This document shows positions 25,121-38,842 of a stretch of DNA of 64,000 nt, one piece after another. The stretch lies in the NCBI RefSeq assembly GCF_036365525.1, contig NC_090387.1:56385752-56449751 (forward strand), given 5' to 3'. The position numbers and the translations under genes are program-made. A model generated the notes under the pieces. That model had not been told where the DNA came from. It worked only from the letters and a program-made list of their open reading frames with translations, and ran no database searches. Numbering within the stretch: position 1 is the stretch's first letter; each line of letters opens with the position of its first letter. This stretch comes from Heterodontus francisci. Its lineage: Eukaryota.

Positions 25121-28100
25121 TCATAGAACCATAGAAAAAGTACAGCATGGAAGGAGGCCATTCAGCCCATCGTGTCTGCGCTGGCTGAAAAAAACTATCC
25201 GCCCAAACTTGCTCCATAGCCTTGCAGGTTACAGCACCTCAGGTGCATGTCCAGGTAACTTTTAAAAGAATTGAGGGTTTCTGCCTCCACCACCATTCCT
25301 GGCAGCGAATTCCAGACATCCACCACCCTCTGGGTGAAAATGTTTCTCCTCATGTCCCCACTAATCCTTCTACCAATCACCTTAAATCTGTGTCCCCTGG
25401 TAACTGACCTCCCCGCCAGGGGAAACAGGTCCTTCCTGTCCAATCTATCTAGGCCCCTCATAATTCTGTACACCTCAATCAAGTCACCCCTCAACCTCGT
25501 CAGTTCCAGGGAAACAACCCTAGCCTATCCAATCTTTCCTCATAGCTGCAACCTTCAAGCCCTGGCAACATTCTTGTAAATCTCCTCGAAACACACCAGA
25601 GCAATTATGTCCTTTCTGTAATGTGGTGACCAGAACCACACGCAATACTCCAGCTGTGACCTAACCAATGCTCTATACAGTGCCAGCATCACATCCCTGC
25701 TTTTGTACTCTTTACTTCGGGCAATAAAGGAAAGCAATCCATATGCCTTCTTCACCACTCTATGCACCTGCCCTGCCACCTTCAGGGACCTGTGAACATG
25801 CACTCCAAGGTCTCACATTTCTTCTACCCCTCTCAATATCCTCCTGTTTATATTGTATTCCCTCACTTTATTTGACCTCCCCAAATGCAATACCTCACAC
25901 TTATCTGGATTGAATTCTATTTGCCACTTTTCTGCCTACTCAACCAAAACATTGATATCATTCTGGAGTCCACGGCTTTCCTCCTCACTATTAACAACAC
26001 GGCCAATTTTTGTGTCATCAGCAAATTTCCCAATCATGCTTCCCACATTTCAGTCCAAATCATTAATATATACCACAGACAGCAAGGGACCCAACACTGA
26101 GCCCTGTGGAACACCACTGGAAAACGCTTTCCATCTACCAAAACGTCCGTCGACTACTACCCTTTGTTTTCTGTCCCTGAGCCAATTCTGGATCCAACCT
26201 GCCACATTCCCCTGTATCCATGGGCTTTCATTTTACTGACCAGTCTGCCATGCGGGACCTTTTCAAATGCCTTACTAAAATCCATGTCAACCACATCCAC
26301 TGCACTACCCTCATCAATCCTCCTTGTCACTTCCTCAAAAAACTCAATCAAGTTAGTGAGACATGACCTTCCCCTAACAAATCCATGCTGACTATCCCTT
26401 ATTAATCCATGCCTTTATAAGTGACAGTTTATCCTGTCCCTCAGAATATATTCTAACAATTTATCCACCATCGAGGTCAGACTAACCGGCCTATAATTAC
26501 CTGGCTTATCCCTCGCACCCTTTTTAAACAATGGTACAATGTTCGCAGACCTCCAATTATCTGGTACCTCGCCCGTATCTAGTGAGGAATTGAAGATGAT
26601 CCTCAACGCATTCGCTATTTCCTCCCTGGCTTCCTTTAACAACCTGGGATGCAATCCATCCGGTCCTGGCAATTTATCCACTTTCAGGGATGTCAGCCCC
26701 TCAAGCACTTCCTCTCTCATTATGCTTATCGAATCTAATATTTCACACTCCTCTTTAACTACAATGTCTACACCAACGCTCTCCTTTATGAAGACAGAGA
26801 CAAAAAGCTCATTAAGAACCCTGCCCACATCTTCTGCATCCACATTTAAGTTCCTTGTACATCTCTGATAGGCCCTACCCTTTCCTTAGTTATCCTCTTG
26901 CTTTTAATGCACTGATAAAACATTTTCGGATTTTCCTTGATTTTACCTGTCAATAATTTTCCAAGTCCTCTCTTTGCTTTTCTAATTTCCTTTTTTACTT
27001 CACCCCTGCACTTTCTATATTCCTCTAGGCTTTCTAAAGTATTAAGATTTTTGTGATCATCATAAGCTTTCTTTTTTTTGCTTTAACTTACCCTGTAAGC
27101 TTTTAGATAACCAGGGGGCTGCAGATTTGGCAGTACCACCCTTAATCTTTGTGGGGACATGTCTACACTGTGCCTGTAGTATTTCGCTCTTGAATGCCCC
27201 CCCACTGGTTTGCCACTGATTTTCCTTCAAGTAGCTGTATCCAGTCCACATTCACCAGGTCACCTCTCAGTTTTCATAAAATTTGCCTTCCCCCAATTTA
27301 GAACCTTTGCTTCTATTTTATCTTTGTCCTTTTCCATGATGATGTTAAAACTAACTGTATTATGGTCACTATCTCCAAAATGGTCACCCACTGTTACTTC
27401 ATCCACTTGCCTAGCTTCATTACTGAAGACTAAATCTAGAATTGCGCCCCCTCTCGTTGGGCATGTTACATGCTGGCTAAAAAAGTTCTCTTGAACACAG
27501 TTCAAGAATTTTGTCCCCTCTATGTCTGTTACGACCTGGTGAGCAATGTTGCTGTCTTCATCTGGTTTTATTGTAACAGGGTTTAATTTTAAACACACTG
27601 TGTTTTGAGCTCCCCCTTTGTGAATCTTTGTTCACAGTTTCCAATTATCAGGCAAATAACTGAGCACAAACAGGCATTCTTTGGTTTAAAGCAGAAAGTG
27701 GAAATTTATTAAAACCTTAAAAACTTAAACTCTAATACGGTTCATGCCTACGGACATACGACGCGCTCATGCTAGCATGCAAATGCGATATAAACACGCA
27801 GATAGGAATAGAAAAGATAAGTAGAACAGATTGAGGCAATATCTTGTTACTGTTTCTCGAGCTCGCTGTAGTCCTTGATTGAAGCTATAATCTTGTGATT
27901 AGTTGGGGCCCAGTAATCTTCTTAAAACTTTGTTCACGTGGCAAACCCTTCTCTCTTTGAGTTTCACGTGTTTTCAAGAGATTCAGTTCCATGGGAAGAG
28001 ATGAAGGCAGGCAGACAGGAGACAGGCAGGCAGAGGAGATCTTCTCAGTTCATGAGCACACAGCGTTCTCTGAGTTCAAATCCCTTTGGTGGGAGTTCAA

Positions 28101-29505
28101 ATTCAAACAAACTCCTAGGTTGCCCCGCAGGTTAGTCATGTTACTAGTTCCTTATATGGAACAGGCTCTTCACATCCTTGGTTGGAGGTTCAAATTTCTC
28201 TGTCACAGCCAGTTATCCATGTGACTAAAGCTGGTCTGACCACTTCTGTGTATTGGAGGAACAGGGATTGACTCCTTTTGTTTCCACATTGTCTGGTACT
28301 ATGCAAATGATCTTCCAGTCGGAGATTGCAATTTTTAAAGTTTTAATGTTCATGTGGCGAAATAATGTGTGCCTCAGTCTTGGCAGGTGGGGTTTGCCTG
28401 ACAATGCCCTTCACACTGTTTGCATCCCAGTTGATATTGGGGTAGTTGAAATCCCCAACTATTATTGCCCTAAAGTTTTTGCACTCAGAAATCTGCCTAC
28501 GTATTTGTTCTTCAATCTCCCTCTCACTATTTGGGGGTCTATAGTACACTTCCAGTAATGTAGCTGCCCACTTTTTATTTCTGAGCTCCACCTATATGGC
28601 CTTGTTTGATGATTCATTTAGCATATATCCGTCCTCAAAACTGTTGTTGACTCCCTAACTAATAATACTACATCCCCTCCTTTTTTTATCTACCTCTCTA
28701 TCCCACCTGAAAACTCTATATCCAGGGATGTTGAGTTGCCATTCTTGCCCCTCTTTAAGCCAAGTTTCCATTATAGCAATGATATCGTGTTACCATGTGT
28801 CTATCTGTGTCCTCAGCTCATCAACTTTATTTACTATATACCTTACATTTAAATAAATACCCTTTAACACTGCTAAATTCCTGGGTTGCACGCTTTTTAA
28901 CCTTTGCTTCTTCTGCTTTTCAGAGTCATTCGCTAATTTTGCTAATTTTCTGCATCCTGTTCCCTGCCCTGAAATTGTCCTATCCAAGACTGTGCTCAGG
29001 TTCCCATCCCCCTGCCAAGCTAGTTCAAACCATCCCCAACAGCACTAGCAAACCTTCCTGCAAGGATATTTGTCCCAGTCCTCTTCAGGTACAGTCTATC
29101 CGGCTTGTACAGGTCCCACCTTCCTCAGAACCGGTCCCAATGCCCCAGAAACCTGAAGCCCTTCCTCCTGCACCATCTTTCCAGCCATGTATGCATCTGA
29201 TTTATTTTCCTATTACTATACTCACTGGCACGTGCCCTTGGGAGTAATCCGGAGATTCCTACCCTTGTGGTCCTAACTCCCTAAACTCAGCCTGCAGGAC
29301 CCTGTCTCTCTTACTTGCTATATCATTGGTACCAATGTAGACCACGACCTCCAGCTGTGCACCCTCGCCCTCCAGAATGTTCTGTGGCCGCTCGGTGATA
29401 TCCATGACCCTTGCACCAGGGAGGCAACATACCATCCTGGAATCACATCTGCGATCACAAAAAAGCCTAGCTGTTCCTCTAACCATAGAATCCCCTACCA
29501 CTATC
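25121..29505 (-). mobile_element. Near-full CR1 LINE (ORF1 esterase remnant, APE, RT), pseudogenised, split by a solo LTR
   Basis: ORF1 VVGDSMVRG..CCLPGA..IGTND (SGNH esterase); APE YLNVRYIVNK, VYYRPP, VGDFNYP, GDSDH; RT NYRPVSLT, MDFSKAF; tail catagaaccatagaa. Confidence 0.95.
27527..28403 (-). mobile_element. Solo LTR inserted in the CR1 endonuclease region
   Basis: Termini tgttac...tgaca (TG..CA); TSD atgtc/atgcc; CR1 resumes on both sides; homologous to 44992-46015. Confidence 0.88.
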
Positions 29506-29819
29506 TTGTACAATTACTGTAAATAGACTTGGCGAAAGTTTGATGTTTTTGAGTTTGTAAGGAACAGGAAATGCAGGTGCTTGGAAGAAAGTTCAGTTCT
29601 TTCCATTTATCGTAGATCCTTTCATGTAGTCTGTTTCAGACCGCTTCACTTCAGCATAAAAAAAACCCATCAAAAGTCCTTTTGAAACTGTTGTCTACTT
29701 GTTTTTTTATACATATTTGAAATCTTATCCTCCTATTATCTGTTTGTATGTCATCATCGGTTTCTCACAGTTAAATGGATTTGATACAATAGGAGGTGCA
29801 TGTAGGTGATTAATTTCAA

Positions 29820-30330
29820 ACTGAACATTGCTTGATACTTTTTATTTTACCAGCAGCTCTGGTGTCTTTTCGCTTCAGGCAAGCAACTGCCTCACATCGA
29901 CAGATAAGGCATCTTATCTGTCAGCAACACTCATGTGAATTAATCATAATTCAATAGTCTACCTGATCAAGATGCGAGATGCATGTTTTGATAGAACAAT
30001 CAGATTTGTCTAATCTATCATTAGTTGACAGCTGCTAGAAGCTGAACACTAACTTGGCTTAACACCTGTTTTTGATCAGTTTGCTACAGCCTTACCACGA
30101 GGATACCATCCTTGATTACAGCATGAGATCCAAAAGCATCTACATATTGATGTTTATCATAGAACAATAACTGGTTTCAGGTTAACACCAATGTGTAGTC
30201 ATCTCTGTTGTAATATGTGAAAGCAATTTTCAGAGAGCAATTGTAACACAGTCATCTTTGTAATTTCCCCAAATAAAAGAGGTAAATAAAACTGTCTGAC
30301 AAATTTGAGAGATGATTTATGTGAACAGAT
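29820..30330. promoter_or_regulatory. Candidate conserved non-coding enhancer
   Basis: Non-repetitive; GATA palindrome 29899-29922, TGACAG sites, TGATTTAT at 30313-30320; conservation not verified. Confidence 0.35.
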
Positions 30331-33300
30331 GTAGTAATTGCTTTGGGCTGGAAGGGTCACTAGGATAGAAGGGAGATAAAATAGAAAAAAAAAACTGCTA
30401 CAACATAATTTACTTGAGGCTGTGTAAAGTCTAGTTGCATCTACTGGCACACACATTGGTCCTTTCTCCTAAAAAAAAAAGGAGCCCAGTTCCATATTCT
30501 TAGTGGTTATTTACAGCACTGCTTGCAGCAGTTAGCTCAATGTGATGTCATAAATGAAAGCTTTCACAGAATATCGACATATTTTTCTTGTTAAGTAATG
30601 TTTTTTGGGAAAAGATACAAGATGCAATAATGGCTCCTTTGACACTGAGTAAAGCTGGAGACACTTCAGTCAACAAAACCATAACATGATGTTTTATGGA
30701 AGGTAATATTTGACGTCCATTTAAGCAAACTGACAAAACCTCAGTTTTCCTGTGGTGAATGTGCAGGTAGAAAATGTGAGCTAAGAATATAACACATTAA
30801 AAATTAACGAGGCAGCCTGGTGGCATTGTGGATTGTTGCACTAACCTGCTGTGCCACAGAGGTTGGAACCAGAGAGTCCCCACATGGGTGAGTTTCCTGA
30901 TCTCAGCTGAAATTCTTGGTTAACGTGAGGCGAGAATTGAATTGGGAGACCCAGCCCACTTTGTATATACCCCAAAATACCAACACTGTCCAGTTAACGA
31001 GCTTTTGGGAAAAGTAATGGGAACAAATTAGGGCCTTTTTTTAGCTGGAGATAGAAATGGTAAAATTACTGGTTAACGCTAACCTAGGGCAGCAAATACA
31101 TAAAGAGGGGAAGTAACTGCCTTTTAGAAATCTTCTTGTTTGTAAATTCTTAAGAAAAATGTTTTTACATGAATGTACTGCCCTTAGCTTCTTTATACTG
31201 GTTCAAGTTTTCCATTATACTTCGATAAAAGGACAAGGTGTATTGGCAATACATTTTAAAACAGAACAAGGACAGAATGTGTACATTTTATTTGGCCTTA
31301 ATTATATCCTGCATGTCAAGTAATTTAAATTTTTTTCCAAAACAGTGCAAAACCTAAGGTTCCATTATACATGCTGTTTAAAGTACCAGCCAACAGCTCT
31401 AATAATGGGTTCTGTGCCAAATGTGACACCTGAGTCCGCCAATGCAAAAATTTGGCAATTCATAGTCAGGCAGTAAGGTGGGATTTCTCAAGAGGGGAAT
31501 GATTATTCTTGACTAGCACTTAATATGCCTTGCTCGCTATCAAAGTGTACCTCCTAGAAGCAGCTTTGGCATCAGAAGTTGTTGAGGAGTATGTAATGCA
31601 TTTTCCTGTTATTCCAGTTCAAGGAAAATTAAATGGAGCTGATCAGCCCAGATTTAAGTGGTGGGGGGGCACAGCAAAAGTAAAACAAATAGCAAACCGT
31701 AGATCTTGGGCAGCGTGTTTCATTTCAAGTATTGCACTGAAGTAGTTTATGCTTTTAATTACTTATGCACTTACGTATGTCATTCCCTTTTCAGAACTTA
31801 GTGTTAACGTTTTTGAAGAGTCACATCAACACTATTTCATGTTTCTGTAATCTTTAAAAGGAAATCTGATACCAACACTGTTAGTCTAAGTTTCATTGGA
31901 CTCGTTTGCAGATAAAATTTTTTAAATAGGATAGGCTCACAGTCAAGGTATTTCTGAGATATGAGCAAACTGTTATGACTTTTTGTGTACTTATTAATCT
32001 TTACTATATGGGTGTGTCGCAACACCTGGGTAGTGCCTCTGGCAAGGCATGCAATAATTTGAAGATGACAGGCTGATTTTTCGTGATCCGTGTTTGTTAC
32101 AAATTTTCTAATGCTTTTAGCATGTTCGTGTATTGTTTATCATGGTGATGCGTGCACATTTACAACAGGACATCAAGTCCATCTTTGATAATTGAGGGCT
32201 CTGATATATTGGCAAGCATTTGTTGTCAGACACACTGATGCTGAAAACTCTTAACAGTATAAAGTACATACATATATGTTGTTTGGATTTAATACAAACA
32301 TGGGATAATGGTAGGGTTGGACTTGGACAGATAGAGAGAGATGGATAATGAGTTTCCAAAGAAATATCACAATTAAATCTGGAATTGTATGAAATGGGGA
32401 TTAAAGACTATTTGTAAATCTTTGCAACACAGTCCATGTAATTACTCATTCGGCAGCTCAGTCTAAGAAAACACTTAATGAAAACATTAATTTTACACAA
32501 AACTGATTATACTTATAAGGACTGTTATTGTCTCTAAGATAAATGTAGCTGTGGATTGACCAACTAAATAAATAATTACTTCATGTACGTATTTATCAAT
32601 CTTGAAATGTAGTTTCAAATAACCAAGGCTGATATTTTATGTAGCAGGAAAACTATTTGCTTTGTCCAGTGAACCATTTTTAATGGGTAAGAATAGAAAT
32701 TAATGGGACAAACAGCCAGTCAGCTAATAAGCAGTATTTGATATTGAACCACAGGCAGTTCTTATATCAAAATGTTATTTCACTTTTTAAATTCTGAATG
32801 TCTTTATCAAATTATGCAATTATTTTCTGTTTCAAGACATCAAAAAAATCTGTAAACTTCCACAGAAAATGTCAAGGATCGCAGACTTGACACTTCTATA
32901 ATCCTTAAATCAGTTTAATCTGAGAATAAACAAATGTGTTTTTCATTGTTTCACTGTTTAATAATATTCTTATTTGTATGTGGAATTCCTCCTTCAGTTA
33001 TCAGAGGGCCATTTATATAGCAGAGTCATAGAGCCTTAGTGACCGCATAGCTTATGGCTGTTGGATTTTTAAAAATCAATGGTGTTGCCTTAAGGGTAAC
33101 AATTGTGCTATGCCTCTCCTTGGTGTACGCCATAAGCACATATCACAAGATTACACCCTCCCATCTTGGGATTTTCTATTTAGTAAAGGTAATGGATGGA
33201 AAGTGATGAACTGGAAGGGTACAATTTTGTGTTATGTGCGTTCATTACATGCCAAGGAGTGGCAGAGTGAAATGCTCGCCCAACAGTTGTAAGTTTGCAA

Positions 33301-33599
33301 GATAATTCCATGTGATGGTCTTAGATTTGGTTATCACATAAAATTCTTCTTAGCTAGCACTACAATGCTGGGTGAAAAAACACAACTTGTAGTCAACTTC
33401 ATGGATGTGAAAAATAACCCACACAAGTGTCTGATTTTATCCTGTCCTTCCCTGAAAGTGCTGACTTGCTCAAGCACAGTTCTATTGGTGCGGCAGCCTA
33501 AATCTTGCAAATTAAGTATGTCGACGTTTCAGCTTGGAAAAGCTAAAGCCCAGCAGGATCTTGTCCTCACCTAGAGGCATGTTTTCCAGGAAACACAAA

Positions 33600-34500
33600 A
33601 GACTAATTTTGGAGGTGGGAAACAGGAGTTAGGACTGTTTCTTGGTCCTGAACCTGCTTCCGGGGGAAACCGTCACTGACCTGGGATTTTCACGGAGGCG
33701 CCCCCTTAATTGGCATGGAGACAGGTTCCCTGTCCAATTAAATGTGCAGACAGGCTCTCTAAACTGGAGGGCCAATCAGTGGCTCTCCTGCTTGAGAGGA
33801 GTAGCAGGTTAAAGCCTGGCTTGGGTATAAAATTAAAACCCGACCTGGTCCCGACCGACAACAGCCAACCTGAACCCGACCCGGGCCCGAGTCCTTTAAT
33901 TTTTTTTAAAACCCGACCCGACCCGAAAATAAGCAACCTATTAATGAAACAGAAAAACTCGTAGATTAAAATGAAAACTATACGAACCAAAACGGTACAG
34001 TCCAGCCCGACCTGACCCGAGCCCGAATGCTGGATGCCGAATACAGACGCAACCCGACCCGAACCCGACACATATGGGTGGGTTTGGTCTGGTTCGGGTC
34101 AGGAGGCCAGGCTTTATAGCAGGTTGCAATAAAGGGTAAGTAACTGAGAGGGTGCTTCAACATGGAGGCACCCCCTCTCCAACTTTAAAAAAATTTAAAT
34201 AAGCAGAAAAAGTAGCCAGGGCACGACTGTGGGCGTGGGGTGGAGGGTGGGGGAAAAAATCCCTCTGCAAGGCGGCCTTTGGCTGCAGGGAGGCCCTGTA
34301 GGCCTGCTGGAGTGATGCCCTCCCCCTCCCCCCCCCCCCCACCCCCTCCCCATTGGCCTACAGCAGGGTGTCCACCTCCAGTCAGTTAAACTGCTCCACT
34401 CTTGCCTTGGGAAATTGGAGGCTGACTGGAAAATCCTACTCACCCTCCTTTCAGTGCCCTCAACATGGCTCTTAATGAGCTTAACTGGCTACCTGCCTCG
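33600..34500. mobile_element. Harbinger-type non-autonomous element remnant (family of 41069-41694, opposite orientation)
   Basis: gctgactggaaaatcc vs ggaattttccagtca; ccttaattgg and ctggagggccaa motifs shared. Confidence 0.6.
33810..34116. mobile_element. hAT-type MITE with (acccg)n subterminal repeats
   Basis: Perfect 11-bp TIR taaagcctggc / gccaggcttta and perfect 8-bp TSD tagcaggt (33802-33809, 34117-34124). Confidence 0.92.
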
Positions 34501-34514
34501 TAACTTCTTGTCAG

Positions 34515-34722
34515 GCTTTTGAATTCACTTCCATGACTAGTGGTTGAAGCAGAAACTATGTTAATATTCAAGATTAGATAGGTGGATGAAATAAAAAGGG
34601 TTGAAGGGATATGGGAACAGGGTGAGTAAATGTCATTAGAACTATGTGCTCACATGGAGGGTAAACACTGACACAGGATGGTTGGCTGAAAGGCTTGTTT
34701 CTGTGTTTGCATTTCCATATAT
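34515..34722 (+). mobile_element. Old CR1 3'-end fragment
   Basis: gtggttgaagcagaaac...gggatatgggaacaggg...ggctgaaaggcttgtttctgtg. Confidence 0.65.
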
Positions 34723-34923
34723 AACATTTCAGGGCAAACAAAATGGATATAGATTCCCCTATTACTTTTCACTACACCTCTGACTGCAGGCTCCATTCTG
34801 ATTTTATATATATACATATATATCTCTACATATCATGACTTTCGTCATCATTCTTCCCCTTCCATCAATGGTATCAGGTACATTTGTTCTATTTCCAAAA
34901 TTAACAGAGAAAGCTTTTGTCTT

Positions 34924-35280
34924 GGGCGGCACAGTGGCGCAGTGGTTAGCACCGCAGCCTCACAGCTCCAGCGACCCGGGTTCAATTCTGGGTACTGTCT
35001 GTGTAGAGTTTGCAAGTTCTCCCTGTGTCTGCGTGGGTTTCCTTTGGATGCTCCGGTTTCCTCCCACAGCCAAAAGACTTGCAGGTTGATAGGTAAATTG
35101 GCCATTATAAATTGCCCCTAGTATAGCTAGGTGGTAGGGGAATATAGGGACAGGGGACAGGTGAGGATGTGGTAGGAATATGGGATCAGTGTAGGATTAG
35201 TATAAATGGGTGGTTAATGGTCGGCACAGACCCGGTGGGCCGAAGGGCCTGTTTCAGTGCTGTATCTCTAAATCTAAAAA
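34924..35280 (+). mobile_element. Full-length HE1-type V-SINE
   Basis: gggcggcacagtggcgcagtggttagc (A box), gggttcaattc (B box), V-core, CR1-like tail. Confidence 0.94.
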
Positions 35281-35597
35281 ATCTTGACATGACTGCATCT
35301 ATTTTTACACCAATCATTCTAATGACAAATATTTGATATTTTAATTCAATATTTTTATTGAAATTTTTTTTCTTATTAGGTTCTAGATGCAAAAAAAAAT
35401 GTAGCAGCTATCAAAATGTCAGTTCGAATCTTTCCAAAGATCACAGCACAGTTTCAGGCAAGGCTATAAAAAGAGGCTTCAATGATTGAACTGCACCATT
35501 ATGCCCAAAAAACCATAAGCAAGGATTTTCTACTTAATTAAACTGGTCTCCAGCATAGTGCTGGAGTGGTGCAGTGGGAACATCTTCCAGAATCACT

Positions 35598-36390
35598 GGT
35601 CTGGATTTTATGTCGGGCGGATGGGAGGTGGCCACCAACGTAAAAGTCGGTGGCGAACCACTTCTGCACGGCCCGGGGATCCGACCCGCATTTTACGGGA
35701 CCCCAGGCTTTAAGTGTTCTGAGGCAGGACTTACACCCGCTGGAGGGAGGAAGTCCTGCCTCATTGAGCTGCCGTCCATTCATCAGGCTGGCAGGTCTTA
35801 GTCCCAGCAGCGCCACCGGGAGCGGTGGCCACTGCTGGGACTGCTGCCCAGCTGAGGACATGGAGCGAGGACTACAAGTGAGTTTGGTTTACCTCACTGG
35901 TGTGATGGATTACGTCCCGGCGAGGCAAGGGTGATCGTGTGTGGGGAAAGGAGGGAGGGGGGGGCGGGCGTCACGGGTCCTGGGGGTGGTTGGGGAAGTG
36001 GGGTTGGCCTCAAATGGACACCATGTGCCCATTTGTCCGGGCCCCTGCCCCACGTTCTGCTGAGAGGCCGCCAGGTTTCACTGGGCAGCCTTTCACGTGT
36101 CCAGGACGCCCTCTTGCCACGGGTAAAATCCCCGTAGAGGCGGGCGAAGGCCCTTAAGTGGCCATTAAGTAGCCACTTAAGGGCTTTGATTGGCTTGGGG
36201 GGGGGGGCAGTCCGTTTCTCCCCTTCCCCCCCCCCCCCCCCCCACCCCCAACCCACATAAAGTGAGGCAGAGGCGGGAGCAGGTTGGGAAGGCCTCGCGG
36301 AGCCTCCCACTCAATTTTACGCCACCCCTCCAGACCTCCCCCCACCCACCGCCACCATCCGGCTTGCTGGGGTGGCATAAAATTGCGGCC
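35598..36390. mobile_element. GC-rich Harbinger-type MITE
   Basis: Termini ggtctggattttatg / cataaaattgcggcc, TSD act on both sides; internal palindrome ccttaagtggc..gccacttaagg. Confidence 0.85.
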
Positions 36391-36970
36391 ACTAAGCCAA
36401 CTGTCTGCTGTCCACTGTCACATCCAGGATTTTCCACGAAAGGTGACTGGGACATACAGCACATCTGCCCAAGTACAGGTGGGCATGCAGGTGATGGGAT
36501 TAAATAATCTGACTTAATTCCCATCAGTAGTGCCCGGGCAATACTGGCTGCTGGGAACTTCCGTGCATGTTGGCATCCAGTTATAAATCAAGGGGGTGCC
36601 TTAGACTGTACAATCAATCACAGGTCAATCATTTGAGGAGAGTGAGCCTTTTTTATTTGCCACATATTTTCCATCTCCCTAAAATCAAAAAAAAATTAGC
36701 CTATGCCTATGAAATTGATCTGAATCAGGCAAGGCAAATGCAGTGGCCAGAACTCATGTCCGGTCAAGGTGCATTGGGATTCCACCAAAGTGGAATCTGC
36801 ATGCCTGTATACCTCCCTCATTCCACGCACATTACCACAAGATAAAACCAATGGATAGATGTGAGGGAAAAAAAGTCCAGATTTACAGCTTCAGTCAATA
36901 TCCTTGGTGTAAATCAGCAACTGGTAAACATATGTTTTAATCCAAACGTTGTGAGGAAGGAACACATGTT

Positions 36971-37333
36971 CTAGATTAGATTTAGATTAGATTAGAGATA
37001 CAGCACTGAAACAGGCCCTTCGGCCCACCGAGTCTGTGCCGAACATCAATCACCCATTTATACTAATCCTACACTAATCCCATATTCCTACCACATCCCC
37101 ACCTGACCTTATATTTCCCTACCACCTACCTATACTAGTGACAATTTATAATGGCCAATTTACCTACCAACCTGCAAGTCTTTTGGCTTGTGGGAGGAAA
37201 CCGGAGCACCCGGAGAAAACCCACGCAGACACAGGGAGAACTTGCAAACTCCGCACAGGCAGTACCCAGAATCGAACCCGGGTCCCTGGAGCTGTGAGGC
37301 TGCGGTGCTAACCACTGCGCCACTGTGCCGCCC
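36971..37333 (-). mobile_element. Full-length HE1-type V-SINE
   Basis: (ttaga)n tail; reverse complement of 34924-35280. Confidence 0.94.
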
Positions 37334-37824
37334 TATCTCAGCCCGTCCCCCAACCACCATCACCACCAGAAATATTGGACAAGGACTGGGTTTAGTTAAT
37401 TTGCAACCAATTTTTACTATGGTGGAGACTCATTTATTGATAGACTATTGTCCTTATTGAAACCAATGGACTAGATATGAACTCCATTGGGATAGTACTA
37501 ATGGAATAATCTTTCATTTTTAGAAGAAATTAGATTAAAGATTTCAGGCTTACAGTCATTAACTTCTTGAGGTTTCAGCACTGAGTAGTTCTCCTGAGGT
37601 AGAGGGGAGAGATGTGGGAAGTCTGACAGAGAGGACATCAGAAAAGTCAGTACAGTGTTTGCAGATGGCTGATTGCTGCACTATGTTGGATGCAAGAATT
37701 TGATGCCATCATGCACATCATTAAGAACTTCAGGAAAAGTCTACAAAATATGTTACTTCCCTTGACACATTGAATACTGTTGTTAATAATAGCAACAATA
37801 TTCTCTTTGTTAGTTTGGAGGTAG

Positions 37825-38765
37825 TCTGGATCAGAAAGTTATAGCCTGAGTTTATAATCTGAGCTGATACTCCTAAACAGTAATTCTGGAGCGTCAGAAA
37901 TACCATTCTTTGGAAGAGGTGTTAATTCAAGGTCTTGTGTGCCTGTTCCAGTGATTTATGTACATGTTAAAGATCCATGAGGAAGAGCTGAGAGTTCTCC
38001 CAGTCTCCTGCCTAGAATTCCTCTCTCATACAACAACAACTTAACAATCACATATTTATATAGCACCTTTAGCGTAATAAAGCGTGCCAAGGCGTTTTAC
38101 AGAAGCATTATAAAACAAAGTATGACGCTGAGCTACAGAAGGAAATATTAGGTCAGATGACCAACAGTTTGGTCAAAGAGTTAGGTTTTAAGGAGTGTCT
38201 TAAAGGAGGAAAGCGAGGCAGAGAGGTGTAAGGGGGATATTCCAAAGCTTGGGGCCTAGGCAACCAATAGTGGTGTGATTAAAATCAGGGATACGCAAGA
38301 GGTCAGAATTAGAGGAGTGCAGATATCTTGGAGGGTTGTGGGGCTGGAGGAGATTAGAGGGATAGGGAGGGGCGAGGCCATCGAGAGATTTGAAAACAAG
38401 AATGAGAATTTTAAAATCAAGATGAGAATTTTAAAATCAAGATGTTGCTTGATCAAGAGCCAATGTAGGTCGGCGAGCACTGTGGTAATAGGGGAACAGG
38501 ACTTGGTGTGAGTTAAGACACGGGCAGCACCTCAAATTTACGGAGAGTAGAATGTGGGAGACCAGCCAGGAATAGTCAAATCTAGAGGTACCAAAGGCAT
38601 GAGTGATGGTTTCAGCAGCAGATGAGCTGAGACATTGCAGAAACAATTAACTGATCATTCTTTTCTTTGTTACTGCAGGCTGTATTTGCCAATATTACAG
38701 TGAATGTTGAGAAGTACTCTGAGATACTTTGATATGATCAGAAGGTGATAAGTTTAAATGCAACC
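37825..38765 (+). mobile_element. Old Deu-domain SINE split by an L2 insertion
   Basis: gtgttaattcaaggtcttgtgtgcctgttc...gttaaagatccatg...gaagagctgagagttctcc matches the Deu core at 46880-46975; tail resumes after 38640. Confidence 0.55.
38031..38640 (-). mobile_element. L2 LINE 3' fragment
   Basis: LADLHWL.IKQ.LDFKIL, AETITHAFGTSRFDYS; tail atttatatagcaccttt, (caa)n; internal ~20-bp tandem duplication atgagaattttaaaatcaag. Confidence 0.88.
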
Positions 38766-38842
38766 ATTTTTATTTTCCTAATTATAATAGAGGAAGTATC
38801 CCATAACAGCAGCCTCCATTGAGATTCATGACTACATTATCA

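Noticed and set aside
33836-34100. CRISPR-like or Pro-Asp coding repeat array
   Set aside because: Irregular 5-6 bp motifs inside TIRs with an 8-bp TSD, in eukaryotic DNA: hAT subterminal repeats
34924-35000. tRNA genes at SINE heads
   Set aside because: A/B boxes continue into V-SINE core and tail; no complete cloverleaf or terminator
35538-36524. GC-rich ORF cluster or CpG-island promoter
   Set aside because: Lies within a TIR/TSD-bounded MITE; the ORFs are low-complexity
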